Below are positions 47,155 to 57,658 of a stretch of DNA of 64,000 nt, piece after piece. The position numbers and the translations under genes are program-made. Source of the DNA: Clostridia bacterium (GTDB lineage: Bacteria; Bacillota; Clostridia; CAKSNL01; HGM11501); contig JBGVKY010000014.1 in NCBI GenBank assembly GCA_045123995.1, positions 201,860 through 265,859 of the forward strand. Reading direction: 5' to 3'. Under the pieces are notes generated by a model. That model was not told the DNA's origin and searched no databases. It worked only from the letters and a program-made list of their open reading frames with translations. Each line of letters starts with the position of its first letter. The first letter of the stretch is position 1.

Positions 47155-48306
47155 ATGAAAAAAACAGAAATTTTATTTGCCCTGATTGATTTTGAATTGA
47201 CAGGCAAAAAAATAAATGATGAAACTAAAAACTCAATAAATTCTGCCGTCATTTCAGACTTGACAAAAATCACAAAAGCTCATGATTTATCACATCTTCT
47301 GGCAGATGCTCTTTATAAGTTGGAAATGCTTTCAGGAGACGAGGAAAAAGAACTTAAAAAAGCAAGGAAAGTTGCCTTATACAGAAGTGAATGCATGAAG
47401 AAGGATATTTTAAGTATCTGTGACCTTTTAAACAAGGCGAAAATACCGTTCATTCTCCTTAAAGGAGCTCGTATGCGAAACTATTATCCTTGTGACTGGA
47501 TGAGAACAAGCTGTGACATAGATGCTCTGGTGAAAGAGGAGGAACTTGAAAGAGCCATAGAGGCACTTGAAAAAGGAAATTGGAAAGTAAGCGGAGAAAA
47601 GGCATTTCATGATATATCGCTTTATTCCGAAAACGGCACACATTTAGAATTGCATTTCAGTATAAAAGGTAGCGAAGATTTAAAAGAAAATGTTTCAGAA
47701 AAGATCTGGGAATATTCGGAACGAAAAGAGAAATATGAATATATTCAGATAAAGGAATACTTCATTTTTAATCTTATTTCTCACATGGCAACACATTTTC
47801 TCTATTCTGGGTGCGGCATAAAATATTTTCTCGATATATATCTTTTGAAAAACAAAATTCAAGTTGATGAAGAGGTTTTAAATAAGCTTTTAAAAGAAGC
47901 GGGAATAGAAAATTTTTATAAAAAAATATTGGATTTAATTGACGTTTGGTTTAACGGAAAAGAACATGATGATATAACTAAAGAAATGGAATTATTCATT
48001 TTAACCGGAGGAACTTATGGATCCAAGTCGCACAGAATAAAAAATGCTCAGGTTAAATCAGGCAGTAAATTTATACATATAACTAAGAGAATTTTCATGC
48101 CATATGGAACTCTTAAAAAAAGGTATCCTATTTTGGAAAAACATAAATATCTTACTCCTGTTTTTGAAATTGTAAGATGGGGAGATATGTTTTTTAAGGG
48201 AAAAACAAAAAGAAGACTCCAAGAATTAACTGATATAAAAAATGTAACACGAGAATCGTTTGGGGAAAGGGAAAAAATGCTTAAAGGGATAGGACTTCTG
48301 AAATAA
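47155..48306 (+). CDS. Nucleotidyltransferase-family protein (NTP_transf_5-like)
   Basis: ILLKGARMRNYYPCDWMRTSCDIDALV resembles the PF14907-type uncharacterised nucleotidyltransferases. GAAGGAGA RBS. Confidence 0.6.
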   Translation: MKKTEILFALIDFELTGKKINDETKNSINSAVISDLTKITKAHDLSHLLADALYKLEMLSGDEEKELKKARKVALYRSECMKKDILSICDLLNKAKIPFILLKGARMRNYYPCDWMRTSCDIDALVKEEELERAIEALEKGNWKVSGEKAFHDISLYSENGTHLELHFSIKGSEDLKENVSEKIWEYSERKEKYEYIQIKEYFIFNLISHMATHFLYSGCGIKYFLDIYLLKNKIQVDEEVLNKLLKEAGIENFYKKILDLIDVWFNGKEHDDITKEMELFILTGGTYGSKSHRIKNAQVKSGSKFIHITKRIFMPYGTLKKRYPILEKHKYLTPVFEIVRWGDMFFKGKTKRRLQELTDIKNVTRESFGEREKMLKGIGLLK

Positions 48307-48340
48307 AAAAATACCTTGTCGGAAGACAAGGTATTTTTTT
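48305..48340. terminator. Bidirectional intrinsic terminator
   Basis: AAAAAAATACCTTGTC (48305-20) / GACAAGGTATTTTTTT (48325-40) with loop GGAA, between convergent genes. Confidence 0.7.
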
Positions 48341-49187
48341 ATTTTTCAAATATGGTAACAGCCATTTTTACAAACAGTTCTTTTAATAAGGGCATTTTTG
48401 CAAACGGGGAAAGAAAGCTTCTTAAAGGGACTTCCTTATAGTATACAACCTTAAAAGGAGATTTTTCTTTGATTTTCTTAAATCTTTTAAGAGTCATTTT
48501 ATTTATATAAGAAAAATATTCTTTTCCGTTTTCGTCTTCTGATATTCTGAATCTGATTCGAGCTTCTCCGTCAGGAAGAAGCGATACCAGCTCCTTGTAT
48601 CCTTTAATCAGAGTTTTTTCACTGAAGAAAAGCTGAACCCAGGGAATGCCGATGACATCTGTAAGATGAGCACCCATGGGATGGTAGTAAGGAGGAAAAT
48701 TAACATACAATCTTCCGCCTTTTTTAAGGATGCGGTAAGCTTCTGAAAGAACACCAATGGGATCAGATACATGCTCCATGGCATCATTCATTATAATTAT
48801 ATCAAAAGTTTCGTCGGGAAATTGAGTTTTTGAAGCATCACCGGAAACAAAGGAAAAAATGGAGGATAAGTTAAGATCATCTGCTAAATCCAGAGCTTCT
48901 TTTTCGTAGCTTTCCACGATATCCATGCCGGTTATTCGGGAAGCTCCGCATTTTCCGTAATACATGGTTTTTCCGCAGGCACCACAGCCTATATCAAGAA
49001 CTGATTTGCCCTTAAACATGTGCTCCGGGTTTTCTATAAAAGGAGAGTCTAAATAAAATTTAATGGTATCTTCTCCTTTCTCGTACTGCCATTTTGCATA
49101 GGTTGTAATACCTTCGTTCTGAAGATTAAAGGGATGAACGGGGAGAGGGAATATTTTGTTTATGGCTTTAAGCAGTTTAACGCTCAT
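48339..49187 (-). CDS. Class I SAM-dependent methyltransferase
   Basis: VLDIGCGACGK (motif I), DIIIMNDAMEHV and LKKGGRLYV. 4-nt overlap with the upstream DUF1015 gene. Confidence 0.8.
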   Translation of the reverse strand: MSVKLLKAINKIFPLPVHPFNLQNEGITTYAKWQYEKGEDTIKFYLDSPFIENPEHMFKGKSVLDIGCGACGKTMYYGKCGASRITGMDIVESYEKEALDLADDLNLSSIFSFVSGDASKTQFPDETFDIIIMNDAMEHVSDPIGVLSEAYRILKKGGRLYVNFPPYYHPMGAHLTDVIGIPWVQLFFSEKTLIKGYKELVSLLPDGEARIRFRISEDENGKEYFSYINKMTLKRFKKIKEKSPFKVVYYKEVPLRSFLSPFAKMPLLKELFVKMAVTIFEK

Positions 49188-50377
49188 TTTTTAATTCTCC
49201 TTGCTTCAAGATAAAAGCGTTTTTCTTCGGCATGCCCCATAGAAAAGGTTTTCTTGGGGAGGGGACCGAAAGTATTTACTGTTTCGAAAAGTTCTTCTTT
49301 CTTAAGACATTCGGGGAAGAAAGCAATGTTTCTGTCGCTTCTGCCCATATTTTTTGCGGTTTCTTCGCCGTGAATATAGTCTATGTGGCCACCGTTTTCA
49401 GATGCATACTTTTCTAAAAATTCCGTAATGGCACCCGATGTAATGTGGCAGTCAGAAGAAAACGTAATTTTTCCTTTTTCTTCCTTGGATTCAAAAGGAA
49501 CGGTATAAGAATATTTTCCACGGGTTTTCTTCATTTCATCAAGAAGTCTAGCGGTATCAGCTCCAAAGAATACTCTGTATATAGGTTCGAATACCAATGA
49601 ATCCTCATAGAGGTTTACTATTTCGCAAAGAGCATAGCGCAGGGGATGGTTTATCTTTTCTTCATCGGTTAAATGCACTTTAGCTTCCTCCCAGGTAGCT
49701 TTTGCTCCAGCAAGTGAATGGTTTCCGTCACCAACAGCAATAAGAGGAGTTGAGGGAAGGGATAAAAGCTCGGATAAAACCTTTTCATTATCATTTACAA
49801 GATAGCCCTCTATATGACCTCCATCTTCCATTAAATCGAAGTCATAAAGCTTTTCCATGGTTGAATTTGATTTCAGATTTCCTAAAACCACATCCTTTTT
49901 ATCGTCAATAAGTAAAAGTATGTGGGGGAGCTCCAAAGATGCGTTTCTTCTTATTGTAACTCTGGCGGGAATTCTTTCTGCTACAGTCGCCTCTGTTGCT
50001 CTTATATTGGAGGTACTGTCCTTTGAATAATCATATTCTTCAAGGTCAACTGCACCCATAAGTCCTGAGCGGACAAGTCCCGATTTGAAAGTTCTTTTAA
50101 CGAAAATCAAGGCCTCTTTATATTCCTTGAATACACCGTTTTTAATGTATTTTTCCATAGTGGAATTTATATTTTGGATTTTCTCATCAAAATCTAATGT
50201 ATTAAGATAAGCCTCGGGAAAAATAAGGTTAAAAGTTGATAAGGTTCCATCTGTAAAAGAGGCAACCTTATCCCAGTATTCTTTCTGAGAGGTGTATTGG
50301 TCACAGGCTACAACGCTCCATTTTGTCATATCGCAATCTTTGGGGATTAAAATGTTTGCGGGGTTAAAAATACTCAT
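49184..50377 (-). CDS. DUF1015-family protein
   Basis: 397 aa. The N-terminus FNPANILIP..VVACDQYTS and the central IAVGDGNHSLAGAK are the hallmarks I recall for DUF1015. Confidence 0.7.
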   Translation of the reverse strand: MSIFNPANILIPKDCDMTKWSVVACDQYTSQKEYWDKVASFTDGTLSTFNLIFPEAYLNTLDFDEKIQNINSTMEKYIKNGVFKEYKEALIFVKRTFKSGLVRSGLMGAVDLEEYDYSKDSTSNIRATEATVAERIPARVTIRRNASLELPHILLLIDDKKDVVLGNLKSNSTMEKLYDFDLMEDGGHIEGYLVNDNEKVLSELLSLPSTPLIAVGDGNHSLAGAKATWEEAKVHLTDEEKINHPLRYALCEIVNLYEDSLVFEPIYRVFFGADTARLLDEMKKTRGKYSYTVPFESKEEKGKITFSSDCHITSGAITEFLEKYASENGGHIDYIHGEETAKNMGRSDRNIAFFPECLKKEELFETVNTFGPLPKKTFSMGHAEEKRFYLEARRIKK

Positions 50378-50396
50378 AAAAATGTCCTTTCATAAT

Positions 50397-50813
50397 TTAG
50401 TTTCCGCTTTCTCCTGAAAAAGCCTCGGTAGTAGAATTCTGAGCTCCCTGGGAATCCAGAGGACCATATAAAGTATTATACTTATCAAGCTGACTCTGGA
50501 GCTCTGCTATTTCATCGGTCAGGGTTTTATTCTGAGTTGTAAGGTCATCTAACCTTTTTTGTAATGTGGTTACGGGATCTTCTGTTTTTTCGTTTTCAGA
50601 AAGGTCCTTGAAATTCCCGAAAAGCCATGATCCAAAAGAGAAAATAATATAGAAAATCATGGCAACAACCAAAAGGGAAACAAGATATCTCACGGCTTTG
50701 GAGGGACCTTTTTTTCTGCGTCTTACTCTTCTTGCGGCACGCCTTGCATTATCTCTGGCAGTTGGCATCTTAGAAGCTTCAAAAGATTTTTCATATTCTT
50801 TATTATCAATCAT
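50397..50813 (-). CDS. Membrane-anchored coiled-coil protein (DivIC/FtsB-like topology)
   Basis: ATG at 50813 (GAGAGGA RBS). It has a basic N-terminus RRAARRVRRRKKG, one TM segment (YLVSLLVVAMIFYIIFSF), and then heptad-like LQKRLDDLTTQNKTLTDEIAELQSQLDKY. Confidence 0.5.
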   Translation of the reverse strand: MIDNKEYEKSFEASKMPTARDNARRAARRVRRRKKGPSKAVRYLVSLLVVAMIFYIIFSFGSWLFGNFKDLSENEKTEDPVTTLQKRLDDLTTQNKTLTDEIAELQSQLDKYNTLYGPLDSQGAQNSTTEAFSGESGN

Positions 50814-50827
50814 TTTCAAAATCCTCT

Positions 50828-53800
50828 CTAAAGATAAATAGTTTTATTTAAGTAAAAGGAATAAATTATTTTTTCTGCTACCGGCATTTTGTACCTTTGC
50901 TGGAGGGCTCTGGCATATACTGAAAGCTGTGTTTCGTAACGCTCTTTAAGTTTTTCTTCTGTTACATTATTATCGGTTTTGTAGTCAAGTAAAATGATTT
51001 TATCATTTTCGAAAAAATAGCAGTCGATGATACCCTGAATTAAAACTTCGGCATCGTCATCTTCTCTTTTTGTGATTGATGAAAGATTTTCTTTGAGTGT
51101 GAAAGGAGCTTCTTTGTAGAGCTTTCCTGACTTTCTCATTCTGTCTGCCAGGTCGCTTCTGAGGAAAAAGTCAAGGGAAGATATATCAAGAGCGGAGATT
51201 TCTTTTTCTGTCAGATTCAAGGTTTTGATAGCGTCTTTTCCATTCTTTGAATGAATGTCTAAATGCTCTAAGGCATAATGCATTATACTACCTTTTTGGG
51301 CACTTGTAAATAGCTTCGTTTCATTTAAGAAGGCGGGAATCGGCAAAGAAGGCGAATGGTTATGATAAAGAGCATGTGCATCGTAAATGGCATTTTCCGT
51401 GGAAGAATGCTTTAATTCGCTTACGGAATATTTGTTTTTGACGGATTTTATATTTAAATAGGGGTATTCAAATTCTAGTATTTTTGAAATATCTTCCGTA
51501 CAGGGTAAGGGCTCAGGAATAGCTATTTCCAAAACTTTTTCGTCAGACTCTTCTTGTGCCAAACAGTTTATAACATTTATTCCGATATTTTCGTTGTTAC
51601 CGGAAACCAGTAAAAGCCAGTCCAAATAATTTTTGCGGGAAAGAACGTCTTCAGGATAAATCACGTCATTATTTTCAGGCAGTATGTAATGGTCAAGGTC
51701 CTTTTTTAAGTTTACCGAGCCTATGACCTCTATATGCTCTCTTGCACGGGTGAGTGCAACGTATAAAATACGGAGTTCTTCAGATAAAGTTTCTTCCGTC
51801 ATAGTTTCCTTTATAAGGTCCTTTATTGGAAGAGAAACTTTTTTTCTTATACCCTGACCATATGGATTTGAAAAACCGTCAATTCCTATACCAAGATCTT
51901 TATGAAGAAGCATGGGTTTTGATAAGTCTTTTAAGTTAAAGTCACTTTCTGCTGCACACAGGAAAACAAAGGGGAATTCAAGGCCTTTGCTTTTATGTAT
52001 ACTCATAATTCTGACGGAATTGATAGAATCAGAAAGGGAAGAGGAGGGAGATGTACTTTCTCCTGAAAGGGATATTCTTTCCATATATTGAAGGAAATCA
52101 AACAATCCTCTGAAAGAAGAATCTTCCGCTTTTTTTGCCGCATTTAAGAATAAATCGATATTTTCAAGATGTGCTTCGGCGTGGGACATAGCTCCGACAA
52201 AGGACAAGTAGTTTATATCCCCTAAAAGAAATTCTAAAAAGGCAGAAACACTCAAAAAAGAAGATTCTTTTCTCCAGAGGTTTAGTTTCGCCAGGAAATA
52301 TCTGCATTTTTTCCCCGAATTTTCGTCCTCGGCTGCTTCTTTTATGGCTTCGTAAAGATAACTTTTTTTCTTTAATGCCAAAAGAGCCAGTTCATTTTCA
52401 TCAAAAGAGAAAACGGGGGATCTTAAAACTGCAATTAAATCTATGTCCTGCAGGGGATTGTCTATTATTCTTAAAAAGGAAAGTAACAACTGGATTTCTG
52501 TATATTCAAAGAAAGAGGAATCCGTAACTGAAAAATAGGGGATGTTCTCATTGCTTAAGGCATTTTCAAAAAATATTCCATGAGATTTAGGGGAACGCAG
52601 AAGAACGGCGATGTCCCTGTATTCCAAAGGTCGAAAAGAATCTAAAGCTTTATCGTAAACTTTCACGTTGCTTTTCATCAGTTCTTTTATTTTTTTTGCC
52701 AGAAATTCGCCCTGCATTTTTCTTGATTCCTCAGCCAAAGTGGCCGATGGCATGGCGAGAATATTTAAATTCATGGCAGGGGTTAAGGTGGGCTCTTTAT
52801 AGCTTTCGCTTCCAGGGAGAAGCCTTTCATCTCCCTTATATTCGATTTCGCCTGCTTTTTTTGACATTAAACGGTCAAAAACGGAGTTTACGGCATCTAA
52901 AATTTCCTTTCTGCTTCTGAAATTCTGAGAAAGGGAAATTTTTATATGCTTGTCCTCTTTGGTTTTATTTTCAAAGGGAACAAAGCGTGAAGCTTTTTCG
53001 CCGAAAATCTTTTTAGGATTGGTCATTCTGAATTTATATATGCTCTGCTTCATATCGCCAACCATAAATATATTGGGATTGCCTTTGGTTTCAGAGGAAA
53101 TCATTTGAATTATGGTTTCCTGAATTTCGTTGGTGTCCTGATATTCATCAACGTAAATTTCGTCATATTTATCTCTTATTTCATATGCGATTTCGGAGGG
53201 GGATACGGTTTCGTCGCTGTTTGGGTTGGTTAAAATTTTAATAGTAAGATGTTCAAGGTCGGAAAAGTCCAGTATGTTTTTCTCTTTCTTTTTCTCAAAG
53301 AAGAGTTCCATGGCTTTTTTCGTTACATCTATAAGAGAAGAAACCTGGATTTTCATGCTTTCGGTAAGAGCGTGTGCTTCAGTAAAATTCATGGTAATTA
53401 AAGATTTTACAAAGTCAAAGGTTCTTTTAGCAGCATCTCTCTTATTTTTGGAAGCTTCTTTCAAATAAGGATTTGCATTTTTCCTGGGAACAGGGCAACG
53501 TTCGAAGGAGTAGGAGAGGGAATTATAAAGATTGTCCCAGGAAATATCTTTTTTAAGAACGGACTCTATATAATAAAGATCATGGGAAAAAACCTCACTG
53601 TATTTTTCGAGACCTTCATCTTCGTTTGCTATGCATATGGCTTCCCTAAGATTCTCTTTGGAAAGAATTAAGTAGTCAGTTGCTTTTTTTATAAGAATGT
53701 CAGTATAAAAAGAAAAGGATTCTTCGCTTGACAGAGAATTATACTTATTTTTTGCATCGTTAAGCCATTTTTCGGGAAATGGATCGCTTTCTGCGAATTT

Positions 53801-54325
53801 CCATAAGTCATCTATATAGTCAAGTATTGCACTGTCATTTTTTGCACTGCAAAGAGTATCTACTGTATATGAAAAATTCTCATCTTCATTTTCGTAATAA
53901 AAGTCCAGTGCTTCAGAAAGAGCTTCTGCTCTTAAAATATTTATATCCGTACCCTCGGCAATTTTGAAAGACGGATCTATATCAATGGCATAGAAATAAG
54001 ACCTTAAAAGTTTAAGGCAAAAGCTGTGAATTGTGGATATGTCAGCTGTTTCAACCAAAGCCAATTGTTTTCTTAAATGTCTGTTTTTGGGATTCTGAGA
54101 CACAACCTCGGAGATTTTTTTTGAAATACGTTCGCGCATTTCGGAGGCTGCTGCATTGGTAAAGGTCATAACAAGCATTCTTGAGATATCGGCATTTTCA
54201 TTTGTAATACGGTTTAATATTCTGCCGGTTAAAACCTGGGTTTTACCGCTTCCGGCAGCTGCAGTAACCAGAATATCGCTTACAGGGGATAAAACAGCCT
54301 GCTCCTGCATTTTAGTCCAATTCAT
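50828..54325 (-). CDS. addA: ATP-dependent helicase/nuclease subunit A
   Basis: UvrD-like helicase (AAAGSGKT, VDEYQDTN) with a C-terminal RecB-type nuclease (LLDYKTD). 1165 aa. Confidence 0.92.
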   Translation of the reverse strand: MNWTKMQEQAVLSPVSDILVTAAAGSGKTQVLTGRILNRITNENADISRMLVMTFTNAAASEMRERISKKISEVVSQNPKNRHLRKQLALVETADISTIHSFCLKLLRSYFYAIDIDPSFKIAEGTDINILRAEALSEALDFYYENEDENFSYTVDTLCSAKNDSAILDYIDDLWKFAESDPFPEKWLNDAKNKYNSLSSEESFSFYTDILIKKATDYLILSKENLREAICIANEDEGLEKYSEVFSHDLYYIESVLKKDISWDNLYNSLSYSFERCPVPRKNANPYLKEASKNKRDAAKRTFDFVKSLITMNFTEAHALTESMKIQVSSLIDVTKKAMELFFEKKKEKNILDFSDLEHLTIKILTNPNSDETVSPSEIAYEIRDKYDEIYVDEYQDTNEIQETIIQMISSETKGNPNIFMVGDMKQSIYKFRMTNPKKIFGEKASRFVPFENKTKEDKHIKISLSQNFRSRKEILDAVNSVFDRLMSKKAGEIEYKGDERLLPGSESYKEPTLTPAMNLNILAMPSATLAEESRKMQGEFLAKKIKELMKSNVKVYDKALDSFRPLEYRDIAVLLRSPKSHGIFFENALSNENIPYFSVTDSSFFEYTEIQLLLSFLRIIDNPLQDIDLIAVLRSPVFSFDENELALLALKKKSYLYEAIKEAAEDENSGKKCRYFLAKLNLWRKESSFLSVSAFLEFLLGDINYLSFVGAMSHAEAHLENIDLFLNAAKKAEDSSFRGLFDFLQYMERISLSGESTSPSSSLSDSINSVRIMSIHKSKGLEFPFVFLCAAESDFNLKDLSKPMLLHKDLGIGIDGFSNPYGQGIRKKVSLPIKDLIKETMTEETLSEELRILYVALTRAREHIEVIGSVNLKKDLDHYILPENNDVIYPEDVLSRKNYLDWLLLVSGNNENIGINVINCLAQEESDEKVLEIAIPEPLPCTEDISKILEFEYPYLNIKSVKNKYSVSELKHSSTENAIYDAHALYHNHSPSLPIPAFLNETKLFTSAQKGSIMHYALEHLDIHSKNGKDAIKTLNLTEKEISALDISSLDFFLRSDLADRMRKSGKLYKEAPFTLKENLSSITKREDDDAEVLIQGIIDCYFFENDKIILLDYKTDNNVTEEKLKERYETQLSVYARALQQRYKMPVAEKIIYSFYLNKTIYL

Positions 54326-57300
54326 ATATTTACACCTCCGTCTTCGGTGTTTTCCTCCGCATCACGGGAAAAAGAAGGCCAGGGATTTTTTGAATTCAGC
54401 TTAGGCAGAAAAAGAGGGTCTCCGCCTCCGCAAACAGTTTTATATTCGCAATAATCACAAGACGAATTTTCTGAAGCAAGAGTTTTGGGAGAAACGGAAA
54501 AATCCCCATTTTTCATTTCGGAGTATAACCTTGCTACAGTCTTTTTTACATGGGAAAAAAGCAAATCGAAATTCTCTTTTGTTGCCATTGAATCAGAAAG
54601 GAAGCTTCCGTCTCTTTTTTCTATGGGTAAAAAGTCGGATTTACCTTCTAAATCTTTATCCATTGCGTCTAAAACCTCGGGATCGTCAAGAATCAACCCA
54701 CTCATTTTAAGGGTTTCCGATAAGCTCTTTGAATCAGTTGTAACGGGGTCATCAAGCTTGAAATAGAGCATAGCGGCAGGATTTGAACCTGTGCTTTCGT
54801 TGAGCGCCAGCATATATATGGACATCTGGAGATTAAGACCATGATATACGGAAGAAAGAGAAAAGGTCTTTCCGCCGGATTTATAGTCGGTAATTCTTAT
54901 AAAATCTCCTCTTTTAGTGTGAAGTACATCTGCTCTGTCGATTTTTCCTGTAAGGTAAATGTATCCACTTTCCGTGGGGATTTTTATTTCTGGATAATCC
55001 TTTCCTTTGCCAAAGGTGATTTCGCTTCCCAGAGGCTCGAAAAGTCCGGATTCAAAGTGATTCTTTATTAGAAGGAGCATTTTAAGGGAAAGATTCTGGA
55101 GCCTTTTAAGCTGATATAAGGCTCTTTTTGAGTTTTGCATAAAGAAAGAACTGTTTTCTATAATGTTATCGGTAACTTCCTTTGCTACATCCTTGATTTC
55201 ATCTTCCGTAACCGAGTGCCAGGTTTTGCCATTGTCGTTTATGTACCTGCTCACGGAATCAATATAAGAGTGCAAAATACTTCCTGTATCAGCGGGAGTA
55301 AAGGAAGCGACTGTTCTTTCTTTGGCGTTTAAGATGTATCTCATATAGTACTTAAACGGGCAAGAGGAATAAGCTTCCAGCTTGGAAACCCCGGTGGTTA
55401 TGCCGTTATGAAAAAGTATATCCGTAACTTCTTTGGATAAAGGAGTTGTCTTTTTAAGGAAATTAAAAGAAGCGGGAATGGGCGGAATATAAGAGCGGGG
55501 ATTTTTTATATACCAGTCATAGGCTTTAAGCCAGGAAGAATCAATTTCTTCACCCAGAGCCATTTTATTTAAAGCATCAAGTGTATGAGTAAGTGTCGGT
55601 TCAGGTGCGGACAGTAAGCTTTCGAAAGAAAGCCCGTTAACATCCGTGGATTCTTTTATGAGGGGGAAAATATCTTTTATTTTATTTATAAGGATAGAGG
55701 GATTTATGTTTGTTCCGCTTCGGTCCTTTAAATGATAAGATAAAAATAAAAGCTTTTCGGAAGAAGTGAAACTTGTATAAATGAGACTTTGTTCCTCGAA
55801 GTTAAAATATTCACTTCCCTTGGAAAGTTCAAGGTCGAAATCACTTAAAAGTGCTCTGTCGCTGTCTGTAAGAACTCCTGACTGCTCGGGAATTTTAGGG
55901 AATTCATTCTGATTAAGGCCTAAAATGAAAGTGACCGGGGAAGAAATTCCCTTGGCTCTTGGTGCACTTATAAAGTTTACCGAGTCAAAAGAAGAGGGGA
56001 GAATCTTCATGGTTGTGGCATCAATTCCCTCTTTGAAAACTGAGGAGAATTTCTTAAAAGAAAGGGTGAGGTCTGATGATGACGCAACCAAAGAATCCAT
56101 TGCACCTATAATGGAACCATATACACTTAAAAGTCTTGAGGACTCATCATTTCTTCCGTCATGTTCAAATTTTTCGGAAAGAGATTCGATTTTCTTTTGA
56201 AGAGAAGTTTCTGTAAAAAAGTCATATAAAGCAGAGACGAAGGTTAAAGCACTTATCTTTCCTTTGATCTTTTCCTTTAAGGATATGAAGGGAGGAAGAA
56301 GCTTTTTTCTTATTAAATCTATTTCCGTAAAAAGCTCTAACTCTTTATCTGAGATTTCATAATCGGAATAAAGACTTGTGCGGTAGGTCCATTTTTCGTC
56401 ATTTTCAAAAGCACTGCCCTTTATGCCGGTGGCAATTATGTAGTTTTCAAGTTTATCAGATTCTTCAAAGGTTAAAGGGGAAAAACCACTCTTTATAAAC
56501 CTGAAAAGCGGACCGGGCATAAAGTTTGAGTTTACTGTGTCGAGCAAGGCATTAACATATACACTTAAAGGATGCATTGATGAAGATACGGTATCTGTAT
56601 CTGTGAAAGGAATTCCAAATGACATAAATATAGGAGATAGCACAGAGGAATAGGAAGGAGTATCTCTTACAATCAGTGCTATATCCTTATAGCGGTATTC
56701 TCCGGACATAACCAAAGAAAGGATTTGTCTTGCGGCATATTCTACCTCGGAATGCAAATTTTTTGCAGCGAAAAGAGAAATGGAAGAGACTTCCTTTTCA
56801 TGCTTTTTTGGCTCAAAGGATAAAAGATTTTTTTCCAGGTGTGAAAATTCCGGATTTTCAAAAGAGGAAGAAAGGTGGGTTGATTCCACGGGAATATTTT
56901 CTTCTTTTGCCAACTCCTTGAGTTTTTCGCCTGCTTCCTGGGTAGTTAAAAACTGAAATTCAAAGCTTTTAACATCAGAGAGAAGAGATACTGTAACATT
57001 CTCGCACTGGAGTAAAAGCTCCCTTATAACGGAAAGCTCCAAAGGATTAAATGAGGAAAAACGGTCAATATAGACTTCTTTCCCCTTAAACGGCTTGTCC
57101 TTTTTTAAGATTTCGGTAAGTCGTAAAAGGTCATCATCCCTGTCGGTATAGCCTGAGTTTATAAATTCCTCGTACTTTTCAAATATAAGAGCTAAGTCCT
57201 TGAGTTTAGAAGATAAAATTTTTTTATCTGTTTTGTCCGAAGCTTCAAGTAATTTTTCGGGAGTGATAAAATATCTTTTGAATTCTGAAAAAAGTGATAA

Positions 57301-57642
57301 AAGGTCCTTTGAAAACCCACCTTGGGAAGCCCCTGCTTTGAGAACTGTAAGCTCGTCTTTCAATTTCTGGCAAATTAAAGAAATAGCCATTGTCTTGCCT
57401 GAAGGATCAATGGATTTGGTACCCAAAGGGCCTAAATCGGCAAGGGAATCATAAAGGCGGTTAAAAGAAAAAACCTGAGAGGACGAAAGTCCTGACACAG
57501 AAAGCTTTTCGGAAAGTTTCTTTTCAGCGAAAAGAGTATAGCTTTCGGGCACAATTATAAGGCCGCTGTTTTTGGCGGCCTCAGAAATCACATATTCGCC
57601 TTTTTTACTTTTAGCACGTCCGTATACAAGTTTTAAGGACAA
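54322..57642 (-). CDS. addB: ATP-dependent helicase/nuclease subunit B
   Basis: Colinear with AddB/RexB. It has the C-terminal nuclease ITDYKSGG and Fe-S cysteines (SCPFKYY ... CDYCEYKTVC). TTG start at 57642. The N-terminal Walker A is degenerate (GRAKSKKGE). Confidence 0.9.
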   Translation of the reverse strand: MSLKLVYGRAKSKKGEYVISEAAKNSGLIIVPESYTLFAEKKLSEKLSVSGLSSSQVFSFNRLYDSLADLGPLGTKSIDPSGKTMAISLICQKLKDELTVLKAGASQGGFSKDLLSLFSEFKRYFITPEKLLEASDKTDKKILSSKLKDLALIFEKYEEFINSGYTDRDDDLLRLTEILKKDKPFKGKEVYIDRFSSFNPLELSVIRELLLQCENVTVSLLSDVKSFEFQFLTTQEAGEKLKELAKEENIPVESTHLSSSFENPEFSHLEKNLLSFEPKKHEKEVSSISLFAAKNLHSEVEYAARQILSLVMSGEYRYKDIALIVRDTPSYSSVLSPIFMSFGIPFTDTDTVSSSMHPLSVYVNALLDTVNSNFMPGPLFRFIKSGFSPLTFEESDKLENYIIATGIKGSAFENDEKWTYRTSLYSDYEISDKELELFTEIDLIRKKLLPPFISLKEKIKGKISALTFVSALYDFFTETSLQKKIESLSEKFEHDGRNDESSRLLSVYGSIIGAMDSLVASSSDLTLSFKKFSSVFKEGIDATTMKILPSSFDSVNFISAPRAKGISSPVTFILGLNQNEFPKIPEQSGVLTDSDRALLSDFDLELSKGSEYFNFEEQSLIYTSFTSSEKLLFLSYHLKDRSGTNINPSILINKIKDIFPLIKESTDVNGLSFESLLSAPEPTLTHTLDALNKMALGEEIDSSWLKAYDWYIKNPRSYIPPIPASFNFLKKTTPLSKEVTDILFHNGITTGVSKLEAYSSCPFKYYMRYILNAKERTVASFTPADTGSILHSYIDSVSRYINDNGKTWHSVTEDEIKDVAKEVTDNIIENSSFFMQNSKRALYQLKRLQNLSLKMLLLIKNHFESGLFEPLGSEITFGKGKDYPEIKIPTESGYIYLTGKIDRADVLHTKRGDFIRITDYKSGGKTFSLSSVYHGLNLQMSIYMLALNESTGSNPAAMLYFKLDDPVTTDSKSLSETLKMSGLILDDPEVLDAMDKDLEGKSDFLPIEKRDGSFLSDSMATKENFDLLFSHVKKTVARLYSEMKNGDFSVSPKTLASENSSCDYCEYKTVCGGGDPLFLPKLNSKNPWPSFSRDAEENTEDGGVNI

Positions 57643-57658
57643 GGCTATCTTTCCTTTC

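Noticed and set aside
54322-57642. The degenerate Walker A in AddB as a novelty.
   Set aside because: RexB-type AddB subunits lacking a functional N-terminal ATP-binding motif are already known in Firmicutes. It is noted under the operon finding only.
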